The notes beneath the pieces were generated by a model. It did no database searches and was not told where the DNA came from. It saw only the letters and a list, made by a program, of their open reading frames with translations. From Rubrivivax sp. (lineage in GTDB: Bacteria > Pseudomonadota > Gammaproteobacteria > Burkholderiales > Burkholderiaceae_C), in contig JBMTXX010000001.1 of the NCBI GenBank assembly GCA_049453935.1, forward strand, positions 1-43,030: a stretch of 43,030 nucleotides of DNA, in the 5' to 3' direction. Of this stretch, positions 38,830 through 43,030 are shown piece after piece. A program made the translations under genes and the position numbers. Position 1 is the first letter of the stretch. Each line of letters opens with the position of its first letter.

Positions 38830-40326
38830 ATGCCCATCGACCGTGTCGCGGATAATCCGGTAGTGGAAAAAGACCCTCATGACGCCTCTCCTCCCCAGGA
38901 GCAGGCTCCCGCCCCGGCTGAGCCCGGCCCTCGATTCGATACGCTGCCACTGGACGCCAAGTTGCTGCGCGCCGTCGCCGACAGTGGCTACACGGCGATG
39001 ACGCCCATCCAGGCCAAGGCCATTCCCATCGTGCTCGCTGGGCAGGATGTGATGGGTGCGGCGCAGACTGGCACCGGCAAGACCGCGGCTTTCACCTTGC
39101 CCTTGTTGCAGCGGATGTTGCGTCACGAGAACGCCAGCGCGTCTCCGGCTCGGCATCCGGTGCGCGCCCTGGTGCTGGCGCCCACGCGCGAACTTGCAGA
39201 TCAGGTGGCGAACAACGTCAAGACCTACGCCAAGCACACGCAGCTGCGCTCGACCGTGGTCTTCGGTGGCATCGACATGAAGCCACAGACGGCCGTGCTG
39301 AAGGCCGGTGTCGAGGTGCTGATCGCCACGCCCGGGCGGCTGCTCGATCACATCGAGGCGAAGAATTGCGTGCTCAATCAGGTCGAGTATGTCGTGCTCG
39401 ATGAGGCCGACCGCATGCTCGACATCGGCTTTCTGCCCGATCTGCAGCGCATCCTGTCCTTCCTGCCGAAGCAGCGTCAGACGCTGTTGTTCTCTGCCAC
39501 GTTCTCGCCCGAGATCCGCCGCCTGGCGCAGAGCTATCTGCAGGCGCCGATCACGGTGGAGGTCGCGCGGCCCAACGCCACGGCGTCGACCGTCGAGCAG
39601 CGCTTCTACAGCGTGTCCGACGACGACAAGCGCGCGGCGGTCCGACAGCTGCTGCGCGAGCGCGAGCTGTCGCAGGCCATCATTTTCGTCAACAGCAAGC
39701 TGGGTGCGGCGCGTCTGGCGCGCGCCTTCGAGCGCGACGGTCTGCGCACCGCGGCGCTGCATGGCGACAAGAGCCAGGACGAGCGTTTGAAGTCCCTGGC
39801 GGCTTTCAAGGCCGGCGAGGTCGATCTGCTCGTGGCCACCGATGTGGCCGCGCGGGGTCTGGACATCGCCGACCTGCCGGCGGTCTTCAACTTCGACGTG
39901 CCCTTCAACGCCGAGGACTACGTGCACCGCATCGGCCGCACCGGGCGCGCCGGCGCTTCCGGCCTGGCGGTCACGCTGGTGTCGCGTGGCGACGAGCGGT
40001 TGATGGCCGAGATCGAGAAATTGATACGGCGCAAGCTCGAGGTCGAGGCGCTGGAACTTGACGACGATCGGCCCAGACGGTTGGCCAGGCGTCGGGATGA
40101 CGACGAATCGGGACACGCACATTCTCGACCTCCGGTGCCCACTGCCCGTTGGGCTGCGTCCAAAGTCGTCGACCCCCTCTTCGACCAACCTTATGAGCCA
40201 CCTGCTCCAACGGTTGCTGACCTGGGCACGATTGAGCAGATGACATCGTTGCAGTCCAAGAACGCTTCGTCTGCCAACATCAGACCGCGTCGCAAGGTGG
40301 CTGCGTTGCTGGGAGGCAAGAACTGA
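38830..40326 (+). CDS. DEAD-box ATP-dependent RNA helicase (RhlE-like); alternative GTG start at 38863
   Basis: Q motif TPIQ, AQTGTGKT, PTRELA, TPGRL, DEAD, SAT, ARGLD and HRIGRTGR. Confidence 0.96.
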   Translation: MPIDRVADNPVVEKDPHDASPPQEQAPAPAEPGPRFDTLPLDAKLLRAVADSGYTAMTPIQAKAIPIVLAGQDVMGAAQTGTGKTAAFTLPLLQRMLRHENASASPARHPVRALVLAPTRELADQVANNVKTYAKHTQLRSTVVFGGIDMKPQTAVLKAGVEVLIATPGRLLDHIEAKNCVLNQVEYVVLDEADRMLDIGFLPDLQRILSFLPKQRQTLLFSATFSPEIRRLAQSYLQAPITVEVARPNATASTVEQRFYSVSDDDKRAAVRQLLRERELSQAIIFVNSKLGAARLARAFERDGLRTAALHGDKSQDERLKSLAAFKAGEVDLLVATDVAARGLDIADLPAVFNFDVPFNAEDYVHRIGRTGRAGASGLAVTLVSRGDERLMAEIEKLIRRKLEVEALELDDDRPRRLARRRDDDESGHAHSRPPVPTARWAASKVVDPLFDQPYEPPAPTVADLGTIEQMTSLQSKNASSANIRPRRKVAALLGGKN

Positions 40327-40353
40327 GTTTGCTGTGCATGTTTGAAAACGCAT

Positions 40354-40385
40354 AAAAAAAGCCGCATCATCGATGCGGCTTTTTT
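40354..40385. terminator. Bidirectional intrinsic terminator between the helicase and the lipoprotein gene
   Basis: AAAAAAA-GCCGCATC-ATC-GATGCGGC-TTTTTT. Confidence 0.92.
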
Positions 40386-40422
40386 GCTCGGCGGAACGGA
40401 TTCCGCATGGAGTTGACCCTTC

Positions 40423-41730
40423 TCAGAACGTCGCGCCTGTCGCTCCCGTCACACGCGTGAATGTGAGCGTGACTGTCAGAGGGGGGGATGCACTCTCGAC
40501 CCCGTCTGACACGCTGATGATGTAGGTACCGGTGCCGGCGGCCGTCGGCGTGCCCGAGATGACGCCGGTCGTCGGGTTGAAGGTGAGGCCCGGCGGAATG
40601 GCTTTGCTGCCCGTGATCGACAGCGTCAGGATGTCAGACGAATCGGCATCGGCAACGATCGGGGTGTAAGTGAAGGCCACTCCGACCGAACCTGAAGCCG
40701 AAGCTGCGCCGGTGATCGTCGGCGCTTGGTTCGGTGGTGGAGGAACAACGACGTCCGCTGCGGTGACTGCAGCCGTCGTCGAGGCATCCGAAGTCGATTC
40801 CTGGATTGCCGCTACGGCATCCGCGACGACGACAGCCTCGGCCTTGATCGACGCTGCATCTGTGCCGAGAGAACCACCAGCGGTGGTTTGAATCGCCGTC
40901 ACAATGTCCGATACGCTGGTGGCTACTTGCGTAGCGATTGTCGCCGCGGTGGCTGCCACGGTCAGTCCGCCCGAAGGCGCTTCCCCGCTCACCAGCCGGC
41001 CCACTGCGGTTGTCGTGGCCGTCTCGGTGACCGCGGCGACTTTGGCTGGACTGTCAAGCTCGGCAGCTGTCTTGCCAGCCAGGTTGCTCGCCAGTTGGGT
41101 CAGCAACTCCGTCTGCACAGCCTTCACGGCTGTTGTCGGGATCTTTTGCACGGCTTCGCTGCCGCCAGCAGCACTGTTGAGCACCGCGACGACCTGCGAG
41201 GCCGTCGTGGTCACAGCTTTGACCAGGGCAGCCGCTGCTGGCGTGATTCCTTCGTCAATCTTGGCCTTGTAATCCACGCCCAGCGCTGCGATCGTCTGCT
41301 TCATGGCCTCGCGTTGCGCTGGTGGCGTCACAGCCACCAGGGTGGTCAGTGGTGTCAGCACATTTGTTGTCACTGCGCTGCCCCCGGCACCACCCTCCGC
41401 ACGCATCGTGATGGCAGGCCTATTCGTGATCTTGTCGACGCCGCCTACGCTGACCAGTTCATACGCGTACGGCGGAACAGACGAAATCTGGAAAGTACCG
41501 TCGGCTCCAGTGGTGGCCGAGTAGGGCTTTTCAGCATCGTCGAGAACACCCACCGTGCCCGCGTTCACCTGATCGGCGAACACGATTGCTCCTTCGACGG
41601 GACCCTGCACCACCGCACCCGCGGGCAGCACGACCACCGGTACCGGGTCATCCCCGCACCCCACCACCATCGCGGCCGCCGCAGCCACCATCGTCCATCG
41701 GGCCCAAGCCTTCAGTTCCACTTTGCGCAT
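40423..41730 (-). CDS. Ala/Thr/Val-rich putative surface lipoprotein with a C-terminal putative Ig (He_PIG/cadherin-like) domain
   Basis: Lipobox VVG-C25, N-terminal beta module (VVQGPVEGAIVFAD..TTGADGTF..VLTPLTTLV), helical Ala/Thr middle, PPPPNQAPTI linker, PPGLTFNPTTGVISGTPT Ig motif and TGATGATF tail. Confidence 0.85.
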   Translation of the reverse strand: MRKVELKAWARWTMVAAAAAMVVGCGDDPVPVVVLPAGAVVQGPVEGAIVFADQVNAGTVGVLDDAEKPYSATTGADGTFQISSVPPYAYELVSVGGVDKITNRPAITMRAEGGAGGSAVTTNVLTPLTTLVAVTPPAQREAMKQTIAALGVDYKAKIDEGITPAAAALVKAVTTTASQVVAVLNSAAGGSEAVQKIPTTAVKAVQTELLTQLASNLAGKTAAELDSPAKVAAVTETATTTAVGRLVSGEAPSGGLTVAATAATIATQVATSVSDIVTAIQTTAGGSLGTDAASIKAEAVVVADAVAAIQESTSDASTTAAVTAADVVVPPPPNQAPTITGAASASGSVGVAFTYTPIVADADSSDILTLSITGSKAIPPGLTFNPTTGVISGTPTAAGTGTYIISVSDGVESASPPLTVTLTFTRVTGATGATF

Positions 41731-41921
41731 CTTTCTACCCCTTTGGTCAGCTGATCCTGATCGGCACCTTCCGGCCCTTGCAGTGTGGCAAAGACGCGGG
41801 TCACAGCGTCCGTCAGGCGTAAAAACAACCTGCCCATACGACGTTGCGAAAGTTCAATCATAGCTTCTAAGCGACTCTTCGGCCAGGGGTCGGTGGGCTC
41901 GTATGAGTGACGGTTTGTGCA

Positions 41922-42824
41922 TCATCCGACGGGGGCGCGGCTGCCCGCTGCCTGCTCGATCAGGCCGATCAGCGTCGCAGGCGCAACGGGCTTGATCTGC
42001 ACCTGTAGCCCGGGCTGCGATTGCCGTACGGCCTGTGCAGCACGCACGTCGCCGGTCATCATCACCGCATGCAGACGTTGGTCTGGCCAAGCCCTGCGCA
42101 GCAGGGTCAGCGCGGTCAGCCCCTGGCCCGCGCGACCGAGGTGGTAATCGACGACACACAGGTCAGGCAACGGGCCGGGCCGTGAGCTCAGCCACTCGTC
42201 GAGGGTCTCCAGGCCGCCGAAGGCCAGCACCTCGGCGCCCCAGGCGTCCAGCAGCATCTTCAGGCTCTGCCGCGCAGCCGGATCGTCGTCGACGATCACC
42301 ACGCGCGTTGCGCGCGCTGCGGCGGTGTGGCCGGAGCTGGACGCACGCTGCGCGGCAGAAGCGGCGCTTGGGCAGGCGTTGCCCAGTGGCCCGTCACCCA
42401 GGTCAAGACCTGAGCCTGAGCCTGAGCCCGATGCCGAGATGCCTGGGCTTTCGCATGCCGTTCCCTGCGCGCCAGAATCTGACGTCATGACCACAGTGGC
42501 ACCCGATCCCGCTTGCGCAGCGCTCGGCCGGTCGAGCGCAGTGAGTTCTGCAAACAGGCTTTCGAGTGCCGCCTCCATCGCCGAGGCCGATGCTGCGATC
42601 CCGTCGACCAGGCCCTGGGCCTGTGCCGGGACCCCCGCACTGCGCAGCGCGGCGCAGAACAGGCCGATGGCGTGCAGGGGCTGGCGCAAGGCGTGGTGAT
42701 CTGCTGACCAGTCGCCCGGCGTCGGCGGCGTGCGGGCAGGCTCCACAGCGGATGGGGTCTGAGGGTCGCCGTCGGTGTCTTCCGGTCCGGGAGGCCTGCG
42801 CCACCCTGGGATGTCTGCCGTCAT
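41922..42824 (-). CDS. HisKA(DHp)-like plus receiver domain protein lacking sensor and HATPase domains
   Basis: HHALRQPLHAIGLF H-box, a low-complexity linker, then a REC domain VIVDDD..PDLCVVDYHL..MMTGD..IKPV. Confidence 0.8.
   Translation of the reverse strand: MTADIPGWRRPPGPEDTDGDPQTPSAVEPARTPPTPGDWSADHHALRQPLHAIGLFCAALRSAGVPAQAQGLVDGIAASASAMEAALESLFAELTALDRPSAAQAGSGATVVMTSDSGAQGTACESPGISASGSGSGSGLDLGDGPLGNACPSAASAAQRASSSGHTAAARATRVVIVDDDPAARQSLKMLLDAWGAEVLAFGGLETLDEWLSSRPGPLPDLCVVDYHLGRAGQGLTALTLLRRAWPDQRLHAVMMTGDVRAAQAVRQSQPGLQVQIKPVAPATLIGLIEQAAGSRAPVG
42409..42428. repeat. (CCTGAG)3 hexamer repeat encoding a Gly-Ser linker
   Basis: CCTGAGCCTGAGCCTGAGCC, read as part of the SGSGSGSG run on the minus strand. 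Confidence 0.8.
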
Positions 42825-43030
42825 CGCCGCCGCCCCGGCCGCCAGCCGAAGCTGCCCGGCTGGCCGTTGAGCAGCGGTGCGATGGCCAGCACGGCCTGGG
42901 TACGCGAGGTCACGTGAAGGGAACGCAGCACCGACTGCACGTGGTCCTTGACGGTTTCGACCGACAGGTCGAGCTCACGCGCGATCATTTTGTTCGGCAG
43001 GCCGCGCAGGATGCCCTTGAGCACCTCGCC
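42821..43030 (-). CDS. LuxR/NarL-type HTH regulator, C-terminal part; 5' end outside the window
   Basis: EVLKGILRGLPNKMIARELDLSVETVKDHV..LHVTSRTQAV; the frame is open to the edge; ATGA overlap with the DHp-REC gene. Confidence 0.9.
   Translation of the reverse strand, partial: GEVLKGILRGLPNKMIARELDLSVETVKDHVQSVLRSLHVTSRTQAVLAIAPLLNGQPGSFGWRPGRRR

Noticed and set aside
1-43030. CRISPR arrays, IS elements, integrases, prophage or defence genes
   Set aside because: No spaced direct-repeat arrays, terminal inverted repeats or matching protein motifs were seen by eye.

Overview
GC-rich bacterial chromosome segment. Gene content and synteny suggest a betaproteobacterium of the Burkholderiales; this taxonomy is an inference. 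Left end (1-6005): a nitrogen-scavenging module with a PuuE-like amidohydrolase, a PotABCD-type ABC transporter and a hydantoin-racemase homologue lacking both catalytic Cys, driven by back-to-back sigma54 promoters with NtrC-like boxes and abutting a tRNA-CAT (probably Ile2). Middle: housekeeping genes (potF-like, hrcA, nadK, recN, rapZ, srkA, rplM-rpsI, erpA, anmK, M23 peptidase, tyrS, CDF transporter, dtd, TctC/Bug receptor) and a Crp/Fnr-associated acyl-CoA ligase / Liv-type ABC / PaaK-like operon, then lysS. Right end (34.7-43 kb) is the most interesting part: a MraY/WecA-family phosphoglycosyl transferase, RfaH, a stand-alone YjbH-family outer-membrane protein, a DEAD-box helicase, a compositionally distinct Ala/Thr-rich Ig-domain lipoprotein ending in TGATGATF, and a DHp-REC protein with no ATPase domain next to a LuxR-type regulator. 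My best candidate for an undescribed system is YjbH plus the TG-tailed lipoprotein as a surface export/display pair, possibly with glycosylation. No integrase, transposase, CRISPR array or rRNA was seen. All calls are from reading motifs by eye; no database searches were run.
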